Shown: positions 42,880 to 55,392, counted from the first letter of the stretch. The stretch is 64,000 nucleotides of DNA from Rhina ancylostomus (GCA_030265395.1 JARFYF010000065.1:12215202-12279201); one strand, 5' to 3'. The notes: a model not told the origin generated them from the letters alone. Program-made: numbers and translations.

Positions 42880-44850
42880 CTTCAAGATTCCACCACCAGA
42901 CACACATCTTCCCTTTCCTTCCCTCCCTCCCTCCCTCCCTTCAGTATTTCAAAGGGACCACNNNNNNNNNNNNNNNNNNNNNNNNNNNNNNNNNNNNNNN
43001 NNNNNNNNNNNNNNNNNNNNNNNNNNNNNNNNNNNNNNNNNNNNNNNNNNNNNNNNNNNNNTTACAATCCTGCTCTTCTGTCCCCACCAACCAATGGTGC
43101 TTTCCCACCCAACCGCAGAAGATGCAACATCTATCCTTTGACTTCTGCCCTTCCCATCATCCTGTCCTTCCAAGTGAAAAAGCAATTCACTTGCACTTCT
43201 GGTCTGATGATTAGCATTGTATTCACAACATTGTGGCTCTACATTGGAGAAACAAAGCACAAATTTGGTGATCATTTGCAGAGCACCTACATTTACTCCT
43301 CATGGATGACCCTGAGCTTCCAATTGCCTTCCACTTGAATTCTCTATCCCACATTGACCCATTTGTCTGTAGCCTCCTAGACTGTTGTGATGAGGCTCAG
43401 AATAAACTTGAGGAACAGCAACTCATCTTCATCTAGGCATATTGCAGCCTTCTGGTCTCAATATTGAACTCTATGGTGACCAGTAACTTGCTTTCTGTGC
43501 CTGTATCAGAACAGCCATTTCTGCTGTAAGTCACCTATCTGTGATATTGGCTCAGTTTTCCTCCGATCTGCTGTGTGTGTCCTACAGCCCTGTATTTTGA
43601 AATTCTTTATGCTCCATTGCTTGTATTCTTGCTCTCAAATTGCCTCCATTAACTGAATGAAAAACACTGGTGCTGGAGGAACTCAGCAGGCCAGGCAGCA
43701 TCCGTGGAGAAAAGTAGGCGGTCAATGTTTTGGGTCAGGACCCTTCAGGACTGAAGATAGGAAAAGGGGAAACACAATGTATAGGAGGGAAAAGCAGAGC
43801 AGTGATAGGTGGACAAAAGAGGGGAGACGGGGTGGGCACAGGGTGGTGATTGGTAGATGCAGGTAAGAGATAGTGATAGGCAGGTATGGGGGAGGAGGGG
43901 AGAGCAGATCCACTGGGGGATGGGTCAAAGGTAAGGAGAGAAACAGGAGAATAAAGAGAGGTTAGGAAAGGGAAGAAGCAGCATTGGAGAGCGTTGGGGG
44001 TTACTTAAAATGGGAGAATTCAATGTTCATGCTGTTAGGCTGCAAGGTTCCAAGACGGAAAATGAGGTGCTGTTCCTCCCGTTTGCACTTGGAATTCTCC
44101 TGGCAGTGAAGGAGGCCAAGGACTGACATCCTGCTCCCACCCTGGGAATTTTCCACTGGCCCTGCCATGGCTACAACACCTGCCCCAACACCACCTCCAT
44201 CCAGGGATCCAAGCAGTCCTTTCAGGTGAGACGGAGATTCGCCTGCACCCCCCTTAATATCATATTCTGCATTCGGTGCTCCAAACGTGGCCTCCTCTAT
44301 ATTGGTGAGACCAAACGCAGACTAGGTGACCATTTTGCAGAACACCTGCGCTCTGTCCGTAACCGTGATCTGCATTCTCCCCACTGCCAGTTACTTCAAC
44401 TCCCTCTCCCACGCTATCACTGATGACAGTCCTCAGTCGACTCCACTGCCAGGAGAATTCCAAGNNNNNNNNNNNNNNNNNNNNNNNNNNNNNNNNNNNN
44501 NNNNNNNNNNNNNNNNNNNNNNNNNNNNNNNNNNNNNNNNNNNNNNNNNNNNNNNNNNNNNNNNNNNNNNNNNNNNNNNNNNGCATCTTCAGTCCTTTGT
44601 TTCTCTGCTCCTTAACTCGTTGATTGGATGGTCTCTACAGTTTATCCCCATAGAAACCCGGTTATACCCTATTGCAGATGTTTCATTCATCTTATCCATC
44701 CTTCTCCCACCTTCCCTATACATTGTTTTCTCTCCTTCCAAGTTCTGATAAAGAGTTTTCAACCTGAAATAATAACTCTGATCTTTCTGTCTAAGCTACT
44801 GCATGCTTTCAGCTTGTCTCTTTTTCTTCAGATTTCCAGCATCTGCAGTT
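42880..44850. mobile_element. Cluster of Penelope-like elements with GIY-YIG endonuclease remnants and an inverted arrangement
   Basis: NIIFCIRCSKRGLLYIGETKRRLGDHFAEHLRSVR (44226-) and LYIGETKHKFGDH (43240-); perfect 21-bp inverted repeat 44088-44108 / 44444-44464. Confidence 0.82.
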
Positions 44851-44888
44851 TTTGGTGTCCATGCCAACAGTTATGCTTTTTCTTTCAG

Positions 44889-44992
44889 GAATTCTGGGAG
44901 CTGCTCCTTCAATGCCACTGTTGGGGAATCCTGGTTTAAGTGCTGCCCTCCTGCAGCTGATTTTACAGAGCCAAAATCCAGCGCAAGTCCAG
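44889..44992 (+). CDS. RAVER1: RAVER1 exon 6 with PRI motif (GILGAAPSMPLLGNPGLSAALLQLILQSQNPAQVQ)
   Basis: tttcag / gtaaat, phase 1-0; matches human [24 protein letters not shown]. Confidence 0.93.
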
Positions 44993-46356
44993 GTAAATTT
45001 CTTCATACACATACATTTGATTGTAAAAAGGCTACAAGGAAGCTTTGAAGCTGGAGTACAAACTTGAAGAGATTACATTTGTCGCAAAGTGTGGTGTTTC
45101 CAATAATTTCATCCTTTTTGTTGCTTCAGCTATATTGAGGCAATGCTGGGATTGTTAGTGTCCTGAGTAAAACTGATGCTCAGCATGAAATTGTTGGCAG
45201 TTTTGCAGCTCTGTGTTTCATTTACTATAGATTGAATTTGGTTTCAAATTAAATTTATTTGGTTTAATCCCCTTCCTGTAGTTTTCTCATTGCCCTCTTG
45301 TGAGCTTGAAAATGATTTTCAGCCAGATGTGAAATGTTAACACTAGCTCGTTGAATCATTATCTGGACGAATGGTATAATCTATCAGGATGATGAGAATT
45401 GCTGTTTTCTTGAAACCAGCTGAACAGGTTGGTGTGAGAAGCAACAAGACAAACATAATCTGAATAATACAGCAGTTTTGTATATCAGCTTAGACAGATG
45501 TGGTGCTTTCCTAATATCTTAAACTATAGACAAATTGTCCTATAGATTTGTCCACACGATTCATGAAGCTTCTGCAATGTGCATTAGTCATTGAATTTTG
45601 TGTCCATTCTCTCAGCATTGCTGAATTTGGAGTTTGCCATGTGGTGGTTATAGAAAAAAAATGAAAATGAATTTTGCAAATCTGACAAAAGATGCCCACT
45701 GAGTCACACATCTGAATGGAAAAGCATTACCTTTCAGCTGAATAGATATTCCACAATAATTATTTTGTTGACTGTTAATCCTTCCTTTTACTGATGCTCA
45801 GTTATTCTATTTTATTTTGTACCTTATCCAAAGGTATTTGGGGAGAGATTGTCCAATTGTTTCTTTGAGATTAAAGGCCATGACATAAGGAATAGGAACA
45901 GCAGGAATGAGCTATAAGGCCCCTCAGGCTTCCTGTCCTGTGGAAATAATTTCTCTGTGTACAAGGTTTGAATCTGGAGTATAAATGTTGTGCTTGAAGT
46001 TGTTGTGAAGCTTAAAGTGTTTTAATGCAGTGTGCAAGATCCTTGGGGATTGTTATGTAAGTTGTATAAATGCCTGTTCATCACCATTGGGCAAAAATTG
46101 GCCCGTACTAGGAGACACTATTACCAAAATGGGCATGATTTCAATTCCATGTTTTGCTACATATTCCTTGCAGTTTTTTTCACACTTTTGTTTTCTTTTT
46201 AAAAAAAAAATTGGCTTCTAATATCAGTTCTTAAGGGCAGTGGAAATTTTGTTGGTTGCATGGCGACAGGATAAATGTTGAAGTACAGCTCTTGCCCAGC
46301 TGACCCAAATTTCTGCTCTATGTGAGTTGTGCTAAAGTGTGAGCTGTTGTGTTGGC

Positions 46357-47425
46357 AGAGCAGGATATCACAGCTGGGCACAGTTTTGTACCCTAATGCT
46401 CAGCCACTTATTAATGTGGCTGTCACTGGAAAGTGAGTCGCCTTAATGCTGTAGACCACTACTGTTGTACCTCCCTGACAGAAACAGAGGTTGCCACGCC
46501 TTGCTCAAATCAACTAATGTCTGTGACTGACAGTTGAAGTTGGGATGTTCTGGTGTTCATACTTTAGCCCATGAGGGAGGGCTTTCTTAGTTTTATTCAG
46601 GAAATATCTTCCTTCGTTTCCTCGGTGGGAATATTGCATTAGTTGTGTAAATCTAACCTCCCTAAGTGAATTAATGTTTATTTCAGTTCTTGTGGGGTCA
46701 GAAACAATCAACTTCTTTTTTTCCATTGTTGGCTAGTTATCTTGTACAGGTTGTTGTTGGAGTCTGTACTGAACAGAAGGCTGTACGTTGAAATGCTTTA
46801 TGAGTATAAGGGAGGCAGAGAGTGGTGTTTTAGGGAGGTGGTCATATCAAAAGTTCAGTCAGGTAGATGGGTGACCACCAGGGGAGGTAGGCAGGTAGAG
46901 CAGGAGTCACTTGTGGCTATCCCACTCTCAAACAAGTATGCCAGTTTGGATACTGTTGTGGGAGATAGCATCTTGGGGGAAAATAGTGGCACCAGCCATA
47001 TCAGTGGTACCATGACTGGCCCTGCTGTAAAGCAGTGTAGGACAAAGTCTGGGTGACCAGTAATAAGTAACTACATAATCAGGGGCACAGACAGATGTTT
47101 CTATGGCTGCTAGCAAGACTCCAAGATGGTCTCTTGCCTCCCTAGAGCAGGATATTGCAGGTGGGCGCAGTTTTCTACCCTAATGCGCAGCCAATTATTA
47201 ATGCGGCTATCACTGGATCATGAATGACCTTGATGCTGTCGACTACTACTGTTGTACCTCCCTTGCAGAAATGAGGTTGCAACCCCTTGCTCAAATTAAC
47301 TAACTTATATGATTGACAGTTGAAGTTGGGATATTCTGGAGTTCATACTTAGCCTATGAGGAAAGGCCTTCTTAGTTTTATTCCAGGAATATCCTCATTT
47401 GTTTCCTCAGTGGTAGTATTGCATT
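46357..47425 (+). repeat. Diverged direct repeat of about 283 bp (46357-46640 and 47144-47425) enclosing a CR1 ORF1 fragment
   Basis: Colinear alignment by eye (e.g. shared tgacagttgaagttgggat); spacer encodes WVTTRGGRQ..VAIPLSNKYASLDTV. Confidence 0.88.
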
Positions 47426-47479
47426 CACCATTATCTTCACTGACAGGTAAGCAGAGGAACATGAGGCGTGGATTGGTAC

Positions 47480-48050
47480 ATAGGACTGGGCTGTCATGTT
47501 ACAACTGTACAAGTTGTAGTGAGACCACACTTGGAGTATTGTGAGCATTTCTGGCCATCCAGCTATGGCAAGGATGCTATGGCAAGGGTGCAGAAAAGAA
47601 TCATGAGGATTTTACTGGGCTTGAGTTATAAGGAATGGCTGGATAGGCTGGAACATTTCCTCCTGGAGCGTAGGAGATTGAGGGGTGGCCTTAGGGGTGT
47701 TTAAAATTGAGAGGGACGTACGTAAGGTGAATGCTTAGTTTTTCCCCCAGGGTAGGGAAGTCTAAGACTAGAGGGCATCAATGTAACGTGAGAGGGGAAA
47801 GATTTAAAAGGGACCTGAGGGGCAACCTTTTCATGCAGAAGGTGATTGGTATATGGAACGAGCTGCCAAAGGAAGCTGTGGAGGTGGATACAACTAAAAT
47901 GCTTAAAAGACTTTTGGACAATTACATGGATAGAAAAGGCCAATAGCAATATGGGACAAATGCAGGCAGATGGGACTAGCTCAGATAGCTATCTTGGTCA
48001 GCATGGACTATTGGGCCAAAGGGCCTGTTTCTGTTGCTGTGTGACTCAGT
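47480..48050 (+). mobile_element. CR1 LINE 3' end
   Basis: VRPHLEYCEHFWP, LERRRLRG, TRGH, IWNELP motifs. Confidence 0.88.
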
Positions 48051-48926
48051 GACCCAGAATGTTTTCAGTTCTGTATGACTATAACCCTGGAGCTTCTGCA
48101 GTTGCATAATATTACTCCTGGAGGAAAAAGCTTTTGCTTTTTGGGTAATGTGCATAATAGATCATTCACCAATTAAATTAATCAGTTACAATTGCTTGAT
48201 CATAACTTGATCAAGCAGTAAGCTGACTTGTTGCACTTGCCTGCTGGTGTACTCGCCTCAAAGCTACGTAAGCTGCTATGACTTTTCCACTGTCTTGCAG
48301 GTTCCCTTGCAGTGAACTTGATGGTATTGCATCATAGAATAAAGACAGAGCCACATAGTGGTCTTGTCCAAAGGCTTTCTCATGTAACAAGTGTTTTGTC
48401 TCCAAACAAAGCATGATGGATTGCATAGCAACATAACCACCTGTGTTGTTACTTTGAGTGGATTTGAATTGGCCTTGTTATTAGTGCTACCAGTTCCAGT
48501 TGAAACTTATTCTGAACTCTGCACATCATCAAATTGACAACTGGGATGTATGTTTACTTGGAAGACACAAAATCCCAAATACGCATTAATTTCCTTCTTC
48601 ACCCTTTTAACAGTGTTAGAGTATAGTAGAATGTTGTATGTCAGAGGTGTGAGAGTATCTGTGGCATAGTCCTAAAAATTTACTGCACAGAATGAGACAA
48701 TTCATTCCATTGTGTCTATGCAGGGTAAAGATTAATCGGTGACACGGATGGGTTTTTTCAACAGCCTGGTAGTTTCATAGTCACTGTTACTAATGCTTTT
48801 CAAATTCCATATTAAATTCACTAAATTTAAATTTCCCAGCTGTCATGGTTGGATTTGAACATGTTCAATCCAGGCCTATAGACTGCAAACCTTGTATTTT
48901 AATTACTCGTACCAAACTTGCTGCAT

Positions 48927-49140
48927 TTAAATAAAAAGAAGATGCTGGAGGAACTCAGCATGTCAGGCAGCATCCGTGCGGAAAAGCAGACTGTCAAAGT
49001 TTCAGGTCAGGACTGAAGAAGAGCCCTGACCCGAAACGTTGACAGTCTGTTTTTCTCCTCAGATGCTGCCTGACCTGCTGAGTTCCTCTAGCATCTTGTT
49101 TTTCATCTAGATTCCAGCTTCGGCAGTCCTTTGTTTCTCT
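48927..49140. mobile_element. Penelope-derived palindromic short element with 13-bp target-site duplication and hammerhead-like core
   Basis: TSD aaacttgctgcat at 48914-48926 and 49141-49153; inverted arms 48939-49097; ctgaaga at 49013 and gaaacgtt at 49033. Confidence 0.78.
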
Positions 49141-49453
49141 AAACTTGCTGCATATTTGTTTGTGTCTACACTTGCAGAAAAAGGGGGTAAATTATGAGCA
49201 CATCTTGGCCTCTTTTTAGATTTTGTCATGTAATAAATAAATGAATTTGAATATCTTCAATAGCTACTTGTTGCTTTCAAAATTGTTTAAACATTGATTG
49301 CTTTATTAGGTCCTGTTCAAAATGAGGTTTTCTTTCGCCTGTGGAATTTTGGTAGCTTTTTACTAATTTTCTTTTCTGTTTAATGACTAATCTTTCCGTT
49401 TTCTGCCGCACCCTTCCCCATGCTCCTATTTTCCTCTACACTTTGTGTCCTAG

Positions 49454-49540
49454 AATGCTTTGCTTGGGAACCCAGTTTTTCTGCAGAATCTGGTTCGGAC
49501 CCAGCTGATGCAAAATAAGGAAAACCAGGCATTCCTCAAT
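49454..49540 (+). CDS. RAVER1: RAVER1 exon 7, probable cassette exon (NALLGNPVFLQNLVRTQLMQNKENQAFLN)
   Basis: Long pyrimidine tract plus tag acceptor, gtaagt donor, 87 nt, phase 0-0, open frame. Confidence 0.75.
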
Positions 49541-51991
49541 GTAAGTGCACAGATCGTCCTGCTAGGCTTTGTCTTTGTAGTACCTGCTAACCAATTTTAG
49601 TATTGCTGTCATCCTCTATTTTACAATTTTATTTGGATAAAGTGGTGGCCAGCAGTTTGGTTTATTTGCAGCAAATAATTGAGTAAGAGGGGCGGTTTCC
49701 AGGTATAACAAATTAAGGCTGTTGGATTTACAAATTTAAAAAAAAAGAACAACTGTAGTTGTTGGAACTCTGAATAAATAAAATGTTGGAAGAAGTCAGC
49801 AGGTCAGGCAGCACCTGTGGAAAGAGAGACTGTTGGTCTGTGGCAGTGTCTTTTTGCAACACTCCCTGATACTTGTGATAATATATTCAGTGTTTTCATT
49901 GAATTAATAAAATATTATAATTATACATCGTTACATGCAAGGCACTTTTTGTTACTGCCTTTCCTGCAGTTTTGCAGAATTTCATTGAAATATAAAGGGC
50001 TCCTTGGGACGTGAAATAATTTGTGTTTAGAAGATTTGATATCATCTCACATTGAAATGTGTGAGACGGTTTGTTTTCTCTGACTGAAGAGTTAAGAAAT
50101 GGAGGTATTGTCTCAGGATAAGTCAGCCATTTGGGGCTGAGGTGAGAAGAGATTTCTTTTGAAGTAGGGTTGGGGAAGGTGTGTGGAAATGCTGGCTGGG
50201 GTAAAGTATCAGCCATGTTCTTATCAAATAGCACAGCCTGCTCATATCTCTTTCTTTCTCCTGCCGTTTTTAAGTTGCTCTGTCTCTTAACTGTTTTTCC
50301 CTCTGCTTGTGCAGTTTAGGAATTCCTTTCACATAGAATACAATTATCTGCATTTTCAATAAAACTAAAAATACTTAAAAGCATATTTTTAATCAAGTTT
50401 TCTATGTGCAACCTGGGTGCATTCTGCCCTCGTTCATTAGAAACTGATGCAGTAAAGCCTCCAGCAATCGTGGTCTTCTCTGTTTCCTATTACCGTACTC
50501 CAATCATTCCTCCTTCACCAGTGTTCCCTGTGGTAACTGCATTGAAATAAGCATTTGATGTTTCAGAATGGTGTCACCAAACTATTTTGATCCTCTTTGA
50601 TTTGCACTTGTGTTCATTCTTGCAGGTTGTATCTTGCACCTGTACATTGACTTGCCAATGAGATTTTCTCTATAACTAGCTGGCTTTACTGCAATGAAAT
50701 CTGGTTGAGCAACTGAAAATGCATGGGCTGTAAATGTTGCTGTTTGCACATTGTTTCAGATTCCAGGACATTGCATCCATGAGTTGGCTTTCCATGAACT
50801 GTTCTAAATCCTTCTGCCGCTGTGAAGAAAACTAGGCACCAGATATAGCAGTAGAAGCATTGTGAGGTTAAAAGCTTTGTTCTCTTGAACTCAAAAATGT
50901 AAGGCCATGACTTTAAAACGATTAACTGGGATTAGGCAGTCATCCAGTATCATTAACATTAGTAAAATGTTGACTTGATGATTCACGGGTGGTGGTTCCA
51001 CCTGAAACCTCATGAACCTTGATGAAGATTAATTGGATTTTCAGTTGCAGAGGGTGCTGTGGCCGAGCCCAGAGTACACGTGCATTTGCAGCAGGATGCT
51101 TCTTTACTTGCATCTCTGGCCCTTGAGAACCAAAGGTTAACTGTACAGTCTTGGAATTCTAATATCAATCCCTGCCCTTTCGCACCGATGCAGTGCCCTA
51201 CCATTTTTGTGGTGATGTTTTGTATCCTGTTGTAAATGACTAAGTAATAAACTAAATTGTGGGTTCCGGGCTCGTATAAGTAAGTTTTTAAAAGATGGGT
51301 AATAAGGGAATGTTGAGTTAGATCTGGGGTTAATGATAAAGTGAACCAAGTTTTGGTTTCCAGAGGCTGACAAAGAGAGCATCAATAGTAAGACTGAGGG
51401 GTAAGGAATTCCTAAACTAAGATGCACTAAGACTGAATTGAGGATGCTCTGTAATTTCATCACGTGGCCAGGAGGGGGAGCTAGTATTGGATTCCTCATA
51501 AAATTCTTCAGCAATAATGATCTCTAAAGATGGTGATGTTGCTGGGGATGAGATGAGAGAAATTGAAGATGTCATCCCTTTTATTATGTTGTTATGTTAG
51601 ATAAGTAAGGTGGGAGATGGGAATTGGCCTTTGAGTTATCCTGTACTCCACGTTCCAGTGATTGGTACATTAAAACAAATCGAAGAGTATCTTTCTGCAT
51701 GATGATGTTCTTTCAAGACTGTGTGGATTGAATAGAGATTTATTTGTGTAGTTGCAGTGATGATGGCCTTCAGTTTTGGAAAGAAACTTCAGCGTTGATC
51801 GAGATTCATCGTTGGAATTCAAAAAGGATTTTTAAACACTAATTGTTAATAGAACTGACTAGGTTGTTCTTGGGACAATCTAACACTGGCTTTATGGCCT
51901 GAACTGTGCTGTTCTGTAATTCTAGCTAACTAAATCGAGCAATTCGTGACCAGGTAAAAGTCCGGCAATGTCTGTGTATATTTTCTTTCAG

Positions 51992-52143
51992 AAACCTGNN
52001 NNNNNNNNTCTTCAGACAAGTTTGCTAAATTTTGTTCTGGTGGATTTAAATGAACTTGGTAGAAGTAGTTTAACAAAGAGGAGGAGAGAATAAAAACCAG
52101 AAATCCCAACCCGGGAAAGGACTTCTTGGGAAATCACCCTTGG
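51992..52143 (+). CDS. RAVER1: RAVER1 exon 8 (KPG..gap..LQTSLLN...KSQPGKGLLGKSPL); has a 10-N gap and an apparent frameshift
   Basis: tttcag acceptor followed by KPG as in RAVER1/2; g/gtacgt phase-1 donor fits the next exon; the 5' and 3' halves are in different frames. Confidence 0.65.
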
Positions 52144-52264
52144 GTACGTCAAAGCCTTGGAAGCCCAGAGCCTTTATTAGTTTGGCACTTGCAGCCCAAT
52201 ACATTATTTTTTGTCAGCTACTGTATCTCAATCTCAGTCCTGTTCTGGAAAAATGTTGTAGCTG

Positions 52265-54785
52265 AGTCATGGAGCTCAGAAACGGGCCCTTCGACCTAAC
52301 ACATACATGCTGACCATGCTGCCTATCTGCACTAATCCCATTTGCCTGTATCCCTCTGTTCCTTTCCTATCCAAGTACCTGTCTAAATGGCTTTTAAATG
52401 TAATTGCATCTGCCTCTACATCTGGCAGCTTGTTCCATATAACCACTAACCTCTGTGTGGGAAAACTTGTCCCTCAAATCTCCTTTTAAATTTCTCCCCT
52501 CTTACCTTAAACCTATAGCATCCAGTTTTTGACACCCACCCCAGGTAAGTATGTGACTATTTACCCTGTCTATGCCCCTCTTAATTTTATAAACCTATAC
52601 AAGGTCACTCTTTGGCCTCCTACATTCTAGTGAGAATAAACCCAGCTTATCCAATCCTCCGTAACTAACTACAGCCGTCCATTCCAGGCAGCGTCCTAGT
52701 GAATGTTNNNNNNNNNNNNNNNNNNNNNNNNNNNNNNNNNNNNNNNNNNNNNNNNNNNNNNNNNNNNNNNNNNNNNNNNNNNNNNNNNNNNNNNNNNNNN
52801 NNNNNNNNNNNNNNNNNNNNNNNNNNNNNNNNNNNNNNNNNNNNNNNNNNNNNNNNNNNNNNNNNNNNNNNNNNNNNNNNNNNNNNNNNNNNNNNNNNNN
52901 NNNNNNNNNNNNNNNNNNNNNNNNNNNNNNNNNNNNNNNNNNNNNNNNNNNNNNNNNNNNNNNNNNNNNNNNNNNNNNNNATGTCCAGTCAGTATTTGAC
53001 ATCCCAAAATGCATTATGTCACACTTGTCTGGATTAAACTCTTTCTGCTACCACCTTGCCCAGCATTCCAGCTGATCTATATCTCTCTTCATCCTTTCAC
53101 AACCACCTTCACTATCTACTACAGTAATTATTGACATCAGCAAATTTACGAATCTGTCCACCTAAATTCTCATCCAAGTACTTTAGCATCAATCCCTGCA
53201 GTACATCACTGGTTACAGACTTCCAGGCAGAAAAAGACCCCTCAACCACCACCTTGTGTCTTCTATCCCCAGCTAATTTTACTCACTAATCTTCTATTCA
53301 GTATCATCATCATCATCATCAAATCATTAACTTATTAGCCATGCAAAATACTGAGTGCCAAGTGAAAATCAATGACATCCCCAGATTCTAAAAAGGGTGG
53401 TGAGGGGAACGGGATGGTTTAGATCTTAAGTCAGTAGTTTAATAGATGTATTTTAGTGGCTTTTATCTTGTTGCTCAGTGGTAATTGCTTCACAATAACT
53501 TTCAACTGGAATCACCTCCTGCAGCACGGGGGAAAGCGCAAGGTCAGTGTTGCGTCCTGCAGCTGAACAGGCTGTAAATGGAGTACCAAAGGCCTATAGC
53601 AGAGCAACTCCCCCAGTTTCATGGGGCCAATGGAGCCACTCTGCTTAGATCATAAACCAAACCACTATCCAGCACTGAGCCAGGCCCTTTGGCCCAGTTC
53701 GTCTGTGCTGACCAAGTTGCCTAACTAAGCTAGTCACATTTGCCTGTGTTTGGCCTATATCCCTCTAAACCTTTCATATGCATGTAGATGTTCAAATGCC
53801 TTTTAAATGTCATAATTGTACCCACCTCTACTTGCTCTGGCAGCTCATTCCTTACACTCACCACCCTTGGTGTGGAAAAAGTTGACCCCCTGGTCCCCTT
53901 TAAATCTAGTTTTCTAGTTTTGAACTTTCCTACCCCAGGGAAAGATTGTAGCTATTCAGTTTATCCATGCCACTCATGATTGTAGAAACCTCCTGTAAGG
54001 TCACCCCTCAACCTCGTATGTTCCAGGGGGAGCAAAGTGCTAGCCTATCCAGCTCTTCCTTGTAACCCAAGTCCTCCAGGCCCAGTAACATCCCCGTAAA
54101 TGTCTTTTGCACCCTCTCCAGTTTAATGGTATACTTCCTATAGCAAGGTGTCCAGAACTGTACGCAGTACTTCAAATGTGGTGTTGCCAACATCTTACAC
54201 AATTGTAACATGACATTCTAACTACTGTACCCAGTATTCTGACTGGAATGCAAGTGTGCTAAATGCCACCTTCACCACCCTGTCTACCTGTATTGCAGCT
54301 TTAAAGGGACAATGTTCCTGTATCCCTAGGTCTTTCTGTTCTACAACACTCCCCAGGGCCCTACCATTTGCTATGCCAGTCCAGGCCTGGTTCGTCTTAT
54401 CAAAATGCAATACTTCGCATTTATCTAAATTAAACTCCATCAACTTGGCTCACTAGCCCAGTTGATTAAGATCCCATTGTAATCTTCAATAACTACCTTT
54501 TGCAGATGACACTAAAATGACACTGTTGACCATGCCATCAATTTTAGTGTCATCTGCAAACTTGCCATGCCAGCTACGTCCTCCTCCAAATTGTTAATGT
54601 AAATGATGGACAACAGCTGACCTAGCACTGATCCCTGTGGCACCCTGCTGGTCATAGGCCTCCTTATCTGTCTCCCACTGTCAAGTCAAATTTGTATTCA
54701 ATTGCTCACCCTGGATCCCATGTATCTAACTTTCCAGACTGCCTACCATGTGGTACTTTGTCAAAGCCCTTGCTAAAGTGCATGT
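52265..54785 (-). mobile_element. Two CR1 LINE 3' fragments (about 52265-53280 with a gap, and 53680-54785)
   Basis: Minus ORFs MEFNLDKCEVLHF, PHLKYCVQFWTP..KLERVQK. Confidence 0.85.
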
Positions 54786-55392
54786 AAGATGACATCCTTC
54801 CTACAGCAGGGCAATAGGGGATGTGGAAGACATTTTATTCTAACAAGGTTTCCACATGCTATTTAATAATATATAAAGTTTGTAACTGAAACAATCCAAT
54901 CATTGGACAATTTTATGTAAGGAGTAGAATCTATGGAATATGTAGTTTTAAACTTTATTTTTCCCATGTTATCAAATACCACTTTCAGAAAAATGCTTTG
55001 GGACTTGAATGATGGTCTTCAGCCTGTCTATCTGTGACCATTATTGAGCAGTCTGTCTTTACCACTTCCTCTTCAGTTTCTATCTGTCTGAGGTGCTGGT
55101 CTTTAAGTTGACAACTTCCAGAAACTCTAGGCTGCAAGGTGTGAGGTAAAAGGCTCTTTGGCAACCCACCTGTCCGTTTTAGAGAATTTTCTGTGGTGAT
55201 TTTTAAACCTCTGAGGACTGTCCATTTTAGAATAGTGAATTGTAGAAGTAGCATGTCTACACTCCATTCCTCTGTAAATTATTATGCAGGATTGTTTTAT
55301 TGAAGAGTTACTTCTGTTTTAATTGAGTTTCTGTCTTGAATTGATTTTTAACTAAATTATTTTCTAACCTTTTTGTATTTTACCCTATACAG

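Noticed and set aside
46357-47425. Direct repeats read as an LTR retrotransposon or ERV
   Set aside because: No TG..CA ends, PBS or PPT, and the interior is CR1 ORF1.
48301-48323. Possible 23-nt poison micro-exon after tgtcttgcag
   Set aside because: Weak donor (gtattg) and no other support.
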